Source of the DNA: Lophium mytilinum
Lineage: Eukaryota
DNA: 64,000 nt
Direction of reading: 5' to 3'
NCBI GenBank assembly: GCA_010093605.1
Contig: MU004187.1
Location: 992,001 to 1,056,000, forward strand
A program made the position numbers and the translations under genes. Positions 12,251 through 24,888 of this stretch are shown here, piece by piece (the stretch's first letter is position 1; every line of letters begins with the position of its first letter). The notes under the pieces are model-generated. The model did no database searches. It saw nothing but the letters and a program-made list of their open reading frames with translations, and was not told the origin of the DNA.

Positions 12251-12985
12251 CAAGCGTCGCCGTCACATTCGGCATCCTCGCATCGCGCTACTGGCAACAC
12301 GAACCACCCCGCTTAGTGTCTTCGGCAGCCTCATCTACATAGCCAAGCAGTCGTCGTCGCAATGCGCTTCGAGGTGACAAACCTATGTTCTCCCTGCCAA
12401 CGTCGTAGCCTGCCGTCGCCGACGACATCCAGATTCACCACCAACGGCGTCACGTGGTCTTCACCCCTATGGGAAGACCTTCGTCAGACACCCCTACATG
12501 ACTAGCTGCTCATCAAAACGTCTTCGAGCGTGGCTTCATTCAGGCGCTCTCCCTTATATAGTAAGCTTAGCAATCTCCAAATCTGCTACATGACTGTCGA
12601 CTAACCTACTTTACAGTGTCTCGGCGGCATGCTCCATGCCCACCACAGCCTCGTCAGCAACATCATCATCAATCTCCAACCCATCTGAGCCACTCTCGCC
12701 TTGCTCTTTGGCTGCATTGGCCAACTCTTCTAGTCCCCTCGAGCTTATTCACCACAAGAGCGAGACGATGTCACGTCCAAGCAGGCCCAACTCCCATCTC
12801 AAACACCATGTTGGTGGCGTTCCGACCCACTTGCGAGCAGCCTCATGTTGCTATATCTCTCGCCAGCGTTGCGCCTTTTCGAGTCAGCGTTGCAGACCCC
12901 TCAACAAGCCTCTGCTGCTCGCCATCCAAATCAAGACACAAGGCCACCTCACTGCCACCAACACAAAGACACAGAGGAAGATTCA

Positions 12986-13014
12986 CGGGCTTGGGAACCC
13001 GTCCAAAGTACCCC
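12986..13014 (-). repeat. Single inverted copy of the 29-nt motif
   Basis: The reverse complement reads GGGGTACTTTGGACGGGTTCCCAAGCCCG, matching the 4688-6198 consensus. Confidence 0.9.
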
Positions 13015-13069
13015 ACCCCCTATTCTTATTCAGCGTCGTCGTTTTTGTTTGCTCTTCTTTCCCTATTTG

Positions 13070-13740
13070 TATCTGGGCGGGCTGGCCCCGCAACGGGCTG
13101 GCACCGTGGGTTAGGGGTGGGCTCATTCTTACCCATTCTTACCCATTTTTATTCATTCTTACCCATTCCTACCCATTTCCTATTCTTGTCTGGACGCCTG
13201 CTGGCCGGGAGGGAGGGTTCGTGGGTATTCTATCCCCCATTCTTATCCATTTCTACCCATTGTTACCACGTGTGGCATTTGTTTTCCTATTTTACCCCCC
13301 ATTTTATCCCCATTCTTTTCCTTATTCTTATCTTTCTGGGCGGGCTGGCCCCGCATGCCTGGCGGGCCAGGAAGGCGGGCTTGTGGGTATCATTATCCCC
13401 TATTTTTACCCATTTTTACTGGTTGCCCGCGGGCGGGAGGGAGGGATCGTGGGTATTCTATCCCCCATTCTTATCCATTTTTACCCATTGTTACCGCGTG
13501 TGGCGTTTGTTTTCCCATTTTACCCCCCATTGTATCCCCATTCTTTCCTTATTCTTATCTTTCTGGGCGGGCGGGTCCCGCATGCCCGGCGGGGCCGGGA
13601 GGGTGGGATTGGGGCATTCTTATCCCCTATTTTTATCCATTTTTACCGGTTGCCTGCGGGCGGGCGGGAGGGCTTGGGGCTAGTTTATCCCCTATTCTTA
13701 CCCATTTTTACCCGTTCTTATCCATTTTTATTCATTTTTA
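13070..13740. repeat. Compound repeat of alternating G-run blocks and TTA(C/T)CCATT blocks, higher-order unit ~228 bp
   Basis: Segments at ~13190/13420/13647 align, as do ~13075/13338/13565. Confidence 0.85.
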
Positions 13741-13849
13741 GTTGCTGTAGGATAATGTATGATACGTGTAAGATAACAAACTGTGCCTTAATGCTTGAGT
13801 GATGTTGTGAGTGCTAAGTTGAGAGAGTGGAGTGAGGGTTTTGGAGTTG

Positions 13850-14410
13850 GGGTTGTGATGGCAGGGGTGGGTCGCGTGGGTGCAGGATTTTGGGGTGGAT
13901 GCCGACGTCTTGACGAGCTAGATTAGGTTGATGAGTTTAAGGAAGGCTTTACATGTGCAAGGCAGGAGACCGTCCAGTTCATGCGGCCTTGATTATGGGT
14001 TTGAATATAGCTTGGCAATGGCAGGGGCGGATCACGTGTAGATGAGAGCTCAGGGGAGGATGTAAAGGTCTTGAGGGGTCAGATTAGACGGATGGATTCT
14101 GGAAGGGCATTCCACGTCCGAAGTAATATGAGGGCTGATTTGTATGACTTGAATAACGGTTTTGAAGAGAGCTTGATAATGGCAGGGGCGGGTCACGTGA
14201 GTTTGAGAATCTCGGAGCAAATGTAAAGTATCGAGGGGCTAGATTGAACGGATGGAGTTATGAACTATTTCACGCCTACACATCACTACCAACGCTAGAT
14301 TGCACCACCTCCATGAGGATTTTGAAGACGGCTTAGTAATGGCAGGGGCGGATCACGTGGCTACAAGAATCTGGGGAGGATGTCATGCTCGAGGAGGCAA
14401 TTCGGAACGG
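13850..14410. repeat. 160-bp degenerate tandem repeat, 4 copies, conserved core ATGGCAGGGGYGGRTCRCGTG
   Basis: Core starts at 13858, 14018, 14179 and 14339. Confidence 0.88.
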
Positions 14411-14680
14411 CTTGCTGCTTCGAGCGCGCGCGGCCCAAGCTCCCTCCAGCTTCCCCACACTCATGCATGTGGAGACCTGGAGCTCCAGGTGCAGCACATA
14501 AGAGCCTGCGATCGCCGCAAATTGTTTTTTCCCCAGTTTCTGCTGCTCCCGTCTTCTGCTCTGCGACCTGCTGCTCTCTACAAAACTGCGTTTCGTGTGC
14601 AATTGAACCGCCAAAGCTTCTTCATTCGAGATTGCTTCCTCTTGTTTTCTTGAGAACTCAGCCATAGTGTCAAAAGCAAG

Positions 14681-15984
14681 ATGTCTAAACCAATCCTCCT
14701 CCACCTCGGCGACGATATCAAATGGAACCATGAGCTGTACAAGCAGCTGCAGTCGAAGTTTACTATTAAGCGCAGCTATAGTATGAATCGGGCCGATTTT
14801 AGCAAGGCGCTCAAGGCGAACCAGTTTGGGGATTTCGTGGCTATGTATCGGCCGTTTTGGAATACGGGCGGCGAGATGGGCAACTGGGACGCTGAATTGA
14901 TGTGAGTACATGGTGTTTGGGTTGGTAGAGGGAAATTCACGTGCTAATGGGTGGATGTAGTTCGCTACTACCGAAGAGTTGTAAGATTTATGCTAGTGCT
15001 GGAGCTGGGTTCGATTGGGTTGATACGAAGAGGTTGGCTGAGTCTGGTAGGTTGTTCTCCTAAGTTATTCTCCTTGCTCTTGGTTATGTCAAGTCCGGAA
15101 TCTCGGGTACTTTTTCATTCTATCTCCAATTTCCACGTCTCAACCTTTAAGAGCTCCAAAACACCATACCTCAAAACCCTGCCTTCCTCTCATTCATTAT
15201 TCCCCCCTAAAATCCAACAAAGACCTCCACTAACCCCAACACCCCCACAGGCATAATCTACTGCAACGCCGCCGCCGCCTGCACTGAATCCGTCGCCGAC
15301 GCCGGCATCTGGCTCATCCTCTCCACCTTCCGCCTCTTCTCCTGGTCCGCCACCGCCGCGCACTCCACCTCCATCCCCGCCTTCCAAGACGCCAACCGCA
15401 ACATCGCCGCCGTGACGCACAACCCCAACAACTTCACCCTCGGCATCATCGGCCTAGGCAAGATCGGCTACCGCATCGCCCAAAAAGCGCACGACTCCTT
15501 CGACATGAAGATCCTCTACAACGACATCCGCCGCATGCCCAAAGACATCGAAGACACGATCAGCGCAACATACTTCGAGAGCCTGGATGCTATGCTGCCC
15601 GAGGCGGACTGCGTGCTCGTGGCGACGCCGTTCGCGGGCGATAAGCTGATGGATGCGCCGCATTTTCGCAAGATGAAGAAGGGGGCGCGGTTGGTGAATA
15701 TCGCGCGCGGGAAGCTGATTGACGAGCCGGCGTTGGTGGAGGCGCTGGAGAGCGGGCAGCTGGGGGCCGCGGGGCTGGATGTGCATTATGACGAGCCGAA
15801 GGTGGATGCGAAGCTGGCGGGAATGCGGAATGTGCAGTTGTTGGCGCATACGGCGGGGGCGTCGATAGAGAGCCATATTGGGTTTGAGCGGCTGGGGATG
15901 GAGAATGTGATTGGGTTTTTGGAGACGGGGAAGGCGGTGACGCCGGTGAATTTGCAGTGGATTGGGGAGAAGGCGAGGCTTTGA
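14681..15984 (+). CDS. D-isomer-specific 2-hydroxyacid dehydrogenase (glyoxylate reductase-like), 3 exons, C-terminal ARL (possible PTS1)
   Basis: Motifs ASAGAGFD, GIIGLGKIG, LVNIARG, AGLDV..DEP and LAHTA. Introns at ~14902-14960 and ~15047-15250. Confidence 0.9.
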
Positions 15985-16287
15985 GGGGTGAGATGGGGAG
16001 GTGGGGTGGGAAAGGGGCATGGGACAGGGGTTGGATCTTGTGTTGAGGGAATTGGCGTTGTGGTTCTGAAAATGGAACATGTTTGAGGCCAGTCTTACAG
16101 TGGTGAGATTGTTGAATGCATTTCAATATCCATCCACTGATATACAGTGATCTCAACACCCATGCACTGATACACAGCACAACACCTTACCCCTGTAATC
16201 CACCCCCGAAATCACGCCCAGTACTCCGCTCCCCTACTCCAACCATTCGCCAATACCCCCTCCACCCAGGACGCTGTCATCCCCCCA

Positions 16288-17221
16288 TCAAACACCCCCA
16301 TCAACCCCCTCCTTCTCCACCCTCCACCCCAAATGCTTCGTAACCAACCACCCCATATTCTGCGCCTCCCCTTCCTCCTCAAGCGCATCTCCCAACGCCA
16401 CCCACGGGTGCTTCCGCCGCTTATAGCACATCTTCCCCCCATGCTCATGATACACACACGTCCCGTCGTCCCACTGATAGGGTGCCCAAGCCGGCCGCCG
16501 CTGCCCCTCCTCCTCCCGTGCCTTCAACGTCATAAATTGGAACGACAGCGCGTAGAGGAAGTCATCGGGCAGCAGTTCCCGCTTCTCCGCGCTGATCCAG
16601 TCCGGCTTGCCCGCCGCGCGGTAGTGGTCGACCAGCAGGCGGCGCACGGGCGCGCTCGGCGGCGTGTTCTCGTAGATGTAGATGAGCACGGCGGGGTTGC
16701 GCTTGAAGAACTCCATTTCTTCGAGCTCGGTGGCCTCGGCGTCTGTAGTTTCGGGGGAGGATGGGCCGTCGGCGGTTGTTGTTGAAGGGCTCGGCGAGGA
16801 AGAGGGGGGAGGGGGTGCTTGCCCGATCTTGTAGCCGGATGTGGGTGGTGGGCCGGCCCGCGGCTTGATGGAGGTCGGGTGGTGTTTGTTGAACTTCTCG
16901 ATCATGGCGTCAATGACTGTGTCTTTGAAGTCGGAGTCTTGCAGCTTTTCTCCCAAGACGTAGGCGCAGGCGAGGAGCTCCCATTCGTCGGAGGACGAGT
17001 CGGATTTGCTGGCGAGTAGGCCGGTGTATAGCCAGGTGCGGTAGAGGGCGAAGGTGGAGGGAGCGTCGTCGGGCAGCGGGACGATGCGTGATTCTGCTTC
17101 AGCCCAGGCGCCGTTCATGGCGTTGGCGAAGAAGGGGCTGCGGGAGCAGACGAGAGTTTCATGGACGGAGAAGTCGGTTGGGGGAGATCCGACGCGGACG
17201 GTGATGGAGAGGAGACCGAGT
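16288..17221 (-). CDS. BTB/POZ-domain protein (first exon not resolved)
   Basis: The frame extends upstream of the listed ORF: ITVRVG..FSVHETLVCSRSPFFANAMNGAWAEAESRIVPLPDD..F..Y..WLY, then YVLGEKLQD..FKD. Acceptor-like CTCAG at ~17222. Confidence 0.8.
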
Positions 17222-18241
17222 CTGAGAGGTATGAGTAAAAGCTAGGGAGTGTTGTATCTTGCTTGAATCTAGGCTGGACGATATGATAAGAGATGGAAGG
17301 AAGATGAACTAGACCACAGGGACGGAAAACATGAATTTCTGCATCCCAAATCGGAGGATTTGAGAAGAGACTGAATGAAATCGGACTGGACCAAGTACAA
17401 GAGACAGAAAACAGTGAATATAACACAAACCAGCTGCAATCGGGAACTTACGGTGGTCCTTCATCGATCCCAATCCTCACACCGCTCCATCTCTGCGCAT
17501 TCCGCCTGTCCTGGTTCTCCTTTGCTGTCTTCTCCGATTCCTCAAACAGCACCCGATTAGCCTCGGGCTTGGATACTATTCACCACATCAGCTTTCCCAT
17601 CCTTCTCAATCCGCGCCGGAATAATTTACTCACTGTCAACCAGCGACCGACGGTGACCCCTCGGAGGCCGCGCCATCATGTTTGCTGTGCGCGCAGCAAT
17701 GATTGCGGACGGCCGTGGTGTTTATGCGGCGGTGGAGTCCGGAGCTCTGCTCACTCTCCGGAGCCATCTAGGCGTCATAGGGCTGAGCATGGGGTGAGGT
17801 TAGATCACGTGACCGTCGGCATAACCGACTAAGAAGGGCCGATTAAGGGCCGTGTATTCATCCGTTGTTTCCGAATATCTTCGTCCGCACGCCTTTGGGA
17901 AACGCGAGATGCCACTTGCATGCCACATTGAAGAGCCTGGATGACCAATGACGGATCGTGTTGACGCCGAGCGCATAGTGAAGGCGGTTGAAATTGCATT
18001 AGGCTTCTCCATAGACGTATGTTTTCCAGCTAACTATCGATATGCAAGGGTAAATTTGTTAGAGCATTTCAAAGCCATATCGAGGGGCTTGGATGCCTTG
18101 GAAGATGTATATAAAGACTAAGAGCCCAGGTACTGAAAGGCTTATCCGGGCGGGCTATCAATCACTTTCATAGTCAATATCAATCTCAATTCCAGTCTCA
18201 TCTCAGCGCAGTCTCCATCTTCTTCCTCCGTCTTCTTCAAA

Positions 18242-19297
18242 ATGGGCTGGGCATCCCACTTCATCTACTCCCAATTCTTCCTCACCCCTCCCCTCCCCAT
18301 CACCCCCCTCAACTCCCAAGTCTACATCATCACCGGCTCCAACACCGGCCTCGGCCTCGCCGCCGCCGCCCACCTCGCCCGCCTCAACTGCGCCCTCATC
18401 ATCCTCGCCGTCCGCTCCGAAGCCCGCGGCCGCGCCGCCGTCACCAGCCTCGTCGCCAGCACCGGCCGCCCCGCTTCCTCTTTCGCCGTCTGGCCACTCG
18501 ACCTCTCCTCCTTCGCCTCCGTCCGCGCGTTCGGGGAGCGCGTCGCCGGAATGGAGCGCCTGGATGCGGTTATCCAGAACGCGGGCGTGCTGAGGGAAGA
18601 CTGGGTGGAGGCGGAGGGGATGGAGAGCACGATTACCATCAACAGCGTCGGCGCCGTGCTCTTTGGTATGCTTATGCTGCCGAAGCTGCGGGAGAGCGCG
18701 CGCAAGACGGGGAAGATGGGCCGGTTGAGTTTCGTTGGGAGCGATTTGCAGATGCAGGCGAAGTTCACGGAGAATCAGGGGCGGGAGGAAGCTGGGTTGA
18801 GCGTGCTACAAGCGCTAGGGGATGAGAAGAAGGCGAATATGGGGGATCGGTAAGACGGATTTCACCTTATCGATCGAATGTGAAGGATGCTAAAGAGAAT
18901 CAGATATTCGACGAGCAAATTGCTGCTTATTCTTTCCGTGCGCGCCCTTGCGCAGCAGAGCCCGCTGACGCCGGAGTCTAATGTTCTGATCAACCTGGTT
19001 TCGCCGGGGGCGTGCCAGAGCGATCTCTTCCGCAGTGAACCGTCGTTTGGAATGAAGATTGTGGTGTTTTTGTTGAACCATATTATAGGCCGCCGGACAG
19101 ATGTGGGGGCTAGGGTGCTTGTGAATGGTGCGAGTCCGGAGCTGGGCGCAGAGGCGCATGGAGCGTTCATCTGGGATGATATCAGGAGTCCTGGTGGGCT
19201 TGCTGAGGGCTCTAAGGGCAAGGCACTGCAGGAAGAGTGGCACAAAGAGCTCTGGGCCAAATTGGAGTCGATACATCCGGGCGTAACGCAGTTCTAG
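18242..19297 (+). CDS. Short-chain dehydrogenase/reductase (retinol dehydrogenase/WWOX-like), 2 exons
   Basis: Motifs TGSNTGLG, LDLSSFASV, NAG, YSTSK and VSPG. Intron at ~18850-18903. Confidence 0.9.
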
Positions 19298-20143
19298 AAG
19301 TTGGCAGTTCAGGCCTTTCTGATAGCCTTACGATTAGGGAGTGCAAATACCCTATATCTTGAATCGTGCAATTTTGATATATTTCTTTCGCATGTCAAAG
19401 TCATTTTCAGCTCTTACTGTCTCAACTGTTTGATGACATCCTCCTTGGTTTCCCATACATATGTAACCCACGTCTGACGTTATCAGACACTTCAAAATCC
19501 CCGGCTTTAACGCGCTCGAATGCATGTCAGCTGTCTAAATGCCCCCGAAAGCGTTCTATCTAGAAGTCTGTAAAGTACATGTGTTACACCGCGTCTCCAG
19601 AATATGACACCAATTCTAGCTTCTAGTTTCCCATGCACAACACCTCCAACGGTATCTAACGCAAGTCAAGGTACTCCAAATCGGCCGGTCCAGCTTTACT
19701 ATCCCTAAATCCCATACCCGCTTCTACAATTCCATCGTCACGTAATCCACCCCTTACTATCGCCACATTGTCACCAGGAACATCTTCCCATTCACCCTAT
19801 TCCGCGTTCACCGCACCAAGCCTCCCCTCACAGCTCCTCAAACCCGCCTCCATCACGTCTCAAACAAATCGCAGCAGTAGACAGAATAACCAGTTTTATA
19901 GAGAGGTGTGTATATACATCATCCCAAGCGCCAGAAACTCGATGGGTATTGCCAAAACAAAACAAAAAGTACAACTTGGAGAATATCTCCAAACGCCACG
20001 TGCAAGCATAATAGTACAATCCCAGACGTCCGTCAATAACATCTAACACAACAAGCACGCTAACACCCACTCTCCAGAGCCTCCTACGCTCCCACCCATA
20101 ATCCATACCTGAGAAGAACTACGTCTCGTTAATTCGTCCTCCA

Positions 20144-22836
20144 CTAAAACCACGTCGGCAACCCCATCAGATTCGCCCCCGTATTAATCGTCTGCCCGGG
20201 AATAACCGCATTCGGATCAACCTCCATTCCATACTCCCTGACCATGTCATCCCAATTCGCCCAATCAACCGCTTCCTCCAGCACTGGCGAGCGGAAGGGC
20301 GAGTTGGAGCTCTGGTTCGAGCTCTCGTTCGGGCTGGTGTCGAAGATGCTCGCGTTGCGGTTGTCGAGCGGTGGAAGCCCGGTGGTGTCGGCCGCGGCCG
20401 TGGCGTCGTAGTCGCCTGCCATCGCCTCGCCGATCATGTTGTCGCCCATGACGTCTGTCATCAGCCAGTCGAAGCCCATGTTGGACAGGTCTTGGAACTT
20501 CTGTGCTTCTAGGTTGACGGGGCTGCGCACCAGCGGGCTGGTGGCTGGCATGCTTGTCGGCGGGCGCGCGGCGGGTGTGTCGCCGAGTCGCGGAGCGGAG
20601 GGGCGGAGCATGGCGTCTAGCTGCTGGTGGGGGGTTCCCACGGACGTGGAAACGGGGGTGGGGAGTTGGGTGAGGTCTGCAAATGGGCCGGATGGGAGCG
20701 TTTGGGATCTGAGGTGGGCTGCGGCACGCTCGAGGGCCAGCTCGCGTTCCCTGGCTGCTCGGGCTTTAGCCATCAGCTTCCGTAGCGGCTTCCAGAGACA
20801 CCCTTGGCGGCCTTTTCGCTCTGGGTTGCTGGCGAGGGGGAACCACCAGCGGCTTGCAGACTTTTCTAAAGCTCGCCAGGCGCGTTCGACGGCTTCGCCT
20901 TTGGTGCGGATGCAGAGTTCGGATAGGAGGAAGGCGATTGCGTGCCATTGGACGTAGGTTCTGAAGAGCCAGCCCCATTTCATAGTACGGGCTTCGGTTT
21001 CGAGGAGAGCGGCGTATTCGATGTTCTCAAGCGAGGTGATGAAGAGCTTGTCTTTGGTTTCCTGGGGAAGACTGGCGCCCCCGTCTTTCCGTTGGTGTGG
21101 ATGGTATACTACGAGCCACATCTGCACAGATCAGCATTTTGATGATTAAGAATATCTCGAGGAAACTAACCTTTGACATAACCAACCGCGAGATAGTCGC
21201 CGTCACCCAGTAGAGAGGTATCGTCATGTCGCAGCTTGAAAGATACTTTTCTTCAAGTCGCTGATGACATTCGGTGATCCACTTCTCTTTCTCCGGAATA
21301 GTTAGGTTTGCGAAGTAGGTATTGCACCGATTGGGCCCCGGCGGAATATAGAGGATACGGCGGAAGATATTCGCAACCTCGAAGCGTATAATACAGAACG
21401 TCATCTCCGTGAATCCGATCCTGCTCTCGGGGAAATCCGCCATGTTAGGATCCAGATCCGCATCATTCACGTTGAGCGGCATCTGTGTATCAAACTGCGC
21501 TTCCACAATGGTTGGGTCGCATCCGTGGTCCTCTGAAGCCCGCGCGTCCAAGATACAGACTTCCCACCACAGCCGTCGCCGCATCTCGACCTCGAACGGG
21601 GGTAGGTTGAAATGGCTTCCATCTCGATGCACACCGAGCGTTTGTGCGATGCGCACTACGAGTCCGGTGAGAGTCCAGATAATCCTGGCGTCGTCGTTCC
21701 GTCGGAGCAGCATAAGGAAGAGTACGAAAGCCTGGAGAATGATAATTTCATCACAGTAAAGGAAATTAGCTCGAGCTAAGGCTTGCTCGACTGCAAAGCG
21801 ATACTTTCTGAGCAGGACCGAACGCTCCTCACCGAATATCTCGAGGCACTCCTTGGGCATTTGGCTGGTCACCGCTCCGTAGTATATGACGAACAACAGG
21901 GCCTCGAGGCCTTTTGGTATCTTGTCCAGGTGGGTTGCCGCTTCCAAGATTATAGGCTCGATTGTGGGTATATGCAGCACCTTGACCAACGGATCGACAT
22001 TCTCCTTGAAGAGATCCCAGTATGTAGCCAATCGCTCCGGCGAGGGGTGTAATTCCATCATATTGACACTGGAAGAGCTGTATCCAAACAGGAAGCTTTG
22101 GTGATCGGCGGTAGAAGTCGAAGTATCAGGAGAATCATGTGTATCCTCTTCCTGATCCGAGGGATCGAGCAGTATGCTTTTGAGATCTTCGACCTATCGC
22201 TCCACATTAGCATAGTCTTAAACATCCTCGAATATCGCAACATACTTCATTATTGAGACTCGCCCAAAAGCTGTTATTTATATACCGACTCCTCCCCTGA
22301 TCCACCACGAGCCTCCCAAACCTATTCTCCAGCCCCTCGACCGAGTTATCCACCACCACCCGCGGCGACTCCGCACCACCCATCGGACAATGCGGCTTCT
22401 GATCGCCCTCAGCCGCCGAGCCCTGCCTGCTCGGCCCATCCCCACCACTCCCACCATGCGCCTGCTGCTCTTCCTCGACCTGCGCGTTCAAGCTCTGCAC
22501 CACCCCCTCCAACTTGCGCAGCCGCTCCATCAGCTCCCCGTCCGGCGGCTTCCTCGACTTCCGCGGCGCGCGCCCGGGGCTGGGGAACACGCACTCGATC
22601 TTCGCCTTTGTGCAATTGCTGCACGGATTCCGCTTGTCGCACTTCACCTTGCGCTTGCGGCAGGTGACGCAGGAGCGCGGGTGCGTCGTCGCGCTGCCGC
22701 CGACACTGTTCGTGCGGGGCAGCATCTGGGAAGCGCCATTCGAGCTATTTGGTTTCTGGACGCGGTTGTCGTGGGTGGCCGAGGTGTGCAGCACGGCGTA
22801 CGAGGGGTCGTTGAAGTCCTCCGACATGGTTTGCAT
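20144..22836 (-). CDS. Zn(II)2Cys6 transcription factor with Fungal_trans domain, 3 exons
   Basis: CVTCRKRKVKCDKRNPCSNCTKAKIEC and LGVHRDG..PFEVEMRRRLWW. Introns at 22194-22245 and 21122-21170. Confidence 0.93.
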
Positions 22837-24011
22837 AGAGGAAAAACGTTCGGGGGGGTTCCGGGCAATTGAATTGGAGGAGGTTCACGGTGGCATGAGC
22901 AGTGGCACAGTAGAACAGTGGATATGACGAGGATTTTGAAGGAACGGGCTGGAGGTAAGTCTATCCCTGCCCTGGCCGTGTCGGGGCTTGCTTTGTCTGA
23001 CGCCCCGATCCCTACAGGCGGTGCGGTATGCAGCCGCCCTTTGCACTGGCGTCCCCAGAGGCGCGAAGGGGGACACTGTGGGGGCTTGCAGGGCTGACGA
23101 AGGGGATGACTCAGGCGAGGGCAGAAGGGGGGTTGCTGGGAGACTGTGAGTGGAGGGGCGTGTTGGCGTGTACGAGGACGGGCATCCCGAAGATGCTGGT
23201 GTGTGCTGAGCCGCACCTATCCCGTTCTCTCGGGCCTTCTCCCGTGTGCTGGAGCGCGGGAAGTGCCTTGGAGCTTGGCCATCTGATCTCTTGATCTGAT
23301 AAAGCTGGCGACGTGATTACGAAGACGAGAGGAGACCCTGGTTATACTTGCCCAGGCGGTGCCCCAGGCCAGGCTAGAACCTTAGAATTTACTATAAAGC
23401 CGCCTTTGCTGATCTTCATCGGCAAAATCAGGTGTGGACTATGTTTAGAAGAGCTGTAAGAGTCACGATGCTCTTCCGTTGCGCTATTCTCAATGGCATA
23501 TTTACCTAAATCCGCAAGGAACACCATCATAAACCCATTATAAAGCCCATTCTCCCTCCTTAACCTATAAGCAAAGCACCTCTCCTCTCGAAATCCCCTT
23601 GACCCTCTCAAAACCCAAACTGCTGCCTACACTCCTATATGCCTCCTCATATGCACCCCAAAAAAGCCTCACCTCCCAGCAAATCGCATACGAAATCGGG
23701 CTAGCTCCCATGCACTAGCTTGCACATCCTCGCCCCGATATGCAACAGGGTTTAGCGGAGCCAACCACATCACTTTCTTCGTACGAGCCGTCGGTCACTC
23801 TCGTACATCCCTAAATACCTATACAAAGCCGCAAGGCCGGGGCGTCTCCTGACCCGCGAACCGCGCCGAAGGGTCCAGTTTCCAGAGCCTTAGAAATCAG
23901 GTTGGCGGTGTAACTAATGCAGTGGGTGTTGCATGATCGAGGGGAGGGATAGGTGTTGGATGTCGGAGTTGCGGAGCGAGAAAGGGCGGAGGTGTCGGAG
24001 TTTGCGCTTCG

Positions 24012-24720
24012 CTTTGGCGAAATAACTACCTGCTAACCGGGCCACTCTTCACAGTGGTATTCAGGGAGCAAGAGGTAAGTCTAGGTGTGTTATATTGAAC
24101 AGCGGCGCCATGGGTCTCTAAAAATGTACGCTCGACGTGATATAACAGCTACAATAGTAGAAATTAGCTTACCCTTTAGCAAAACAACTACCTGCCGGCC
24201 GGGCCACTCCTTACGGTGGTATTGAGGGAGCAAGAGGAAAGTCTAGGTGTGTTATATCGGGCGGCGACGCCATAGGTTTCTAGAGATTTACGCTTAACGT
24301 GATATAACAGCTAGAATAGTGGAAATCAAGTTACCCTTTAGCACAACAACTACATGCCAACCGGGCCACTCCTTATGGTGGCAATAAGAGAGCAAAAGGG
24401 TAGTCTAGGCGTATAATATCGGACGGCGGCGTTATAGGGTTCTGAAATTTACACTCGACGGGATATAACAGCTGGGATAGTGGAAATTGAGGTACTCTTT
24501 GGCGAAACAACTACCCGCTGACCGGGCCACTCCTTACGGTAGTGCTAAGGGAGCAAGAGAGAAGTCTAGGTGTGTTGTGTTAGGCGGCGGCGCCATAGAT
24601 TTCTAAATTTCCGCTCGACGGGACAATAACGGTTGGTATAGTGGAAATTGAGTTACCCTTTGACCGGGCGGAGACGTATGTGTTGAGCTACTCCTAACAG
24701 CGGTATTGCATGAGCAAAGA
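24012..24720. repeat. 162-bp tandem repeat, 4 copies plus a partial fifth
   Basis: CCGGGCCACT at 24037, 24199, 24361 and 24522. Copies align along their length, with many transition differences. Confidence 0.92.
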
Positions 24721-24888
24721 CTAAGATGTAGAGACGCTAAGTAGGAGCTGAGTACTAGTACCTCAAATATTAAGATGTAAAGGTTCGTACAACAGGAGTT
24801 TAGTTTGTGGGTTTATGTTTTAGTAAAGCCTTTTGAAGGTTTTAATGACGTTCCGTATGCCAGGAACAGCCCACGAAACGTCAGAGGA

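Noticed and set aside
12616..13802. Overlapping 355-aa and 388-aa ORFs
   Set aside because: Their length is explained by the stop-poor compound repeat, and no domain is recognisable.
821..14680. Starship or other giant transposon call
   Set aside because: I could not identify a tyrosine-recombinase captain, cargo genes or terminal repeats, so it is kept only as a hypothesis.
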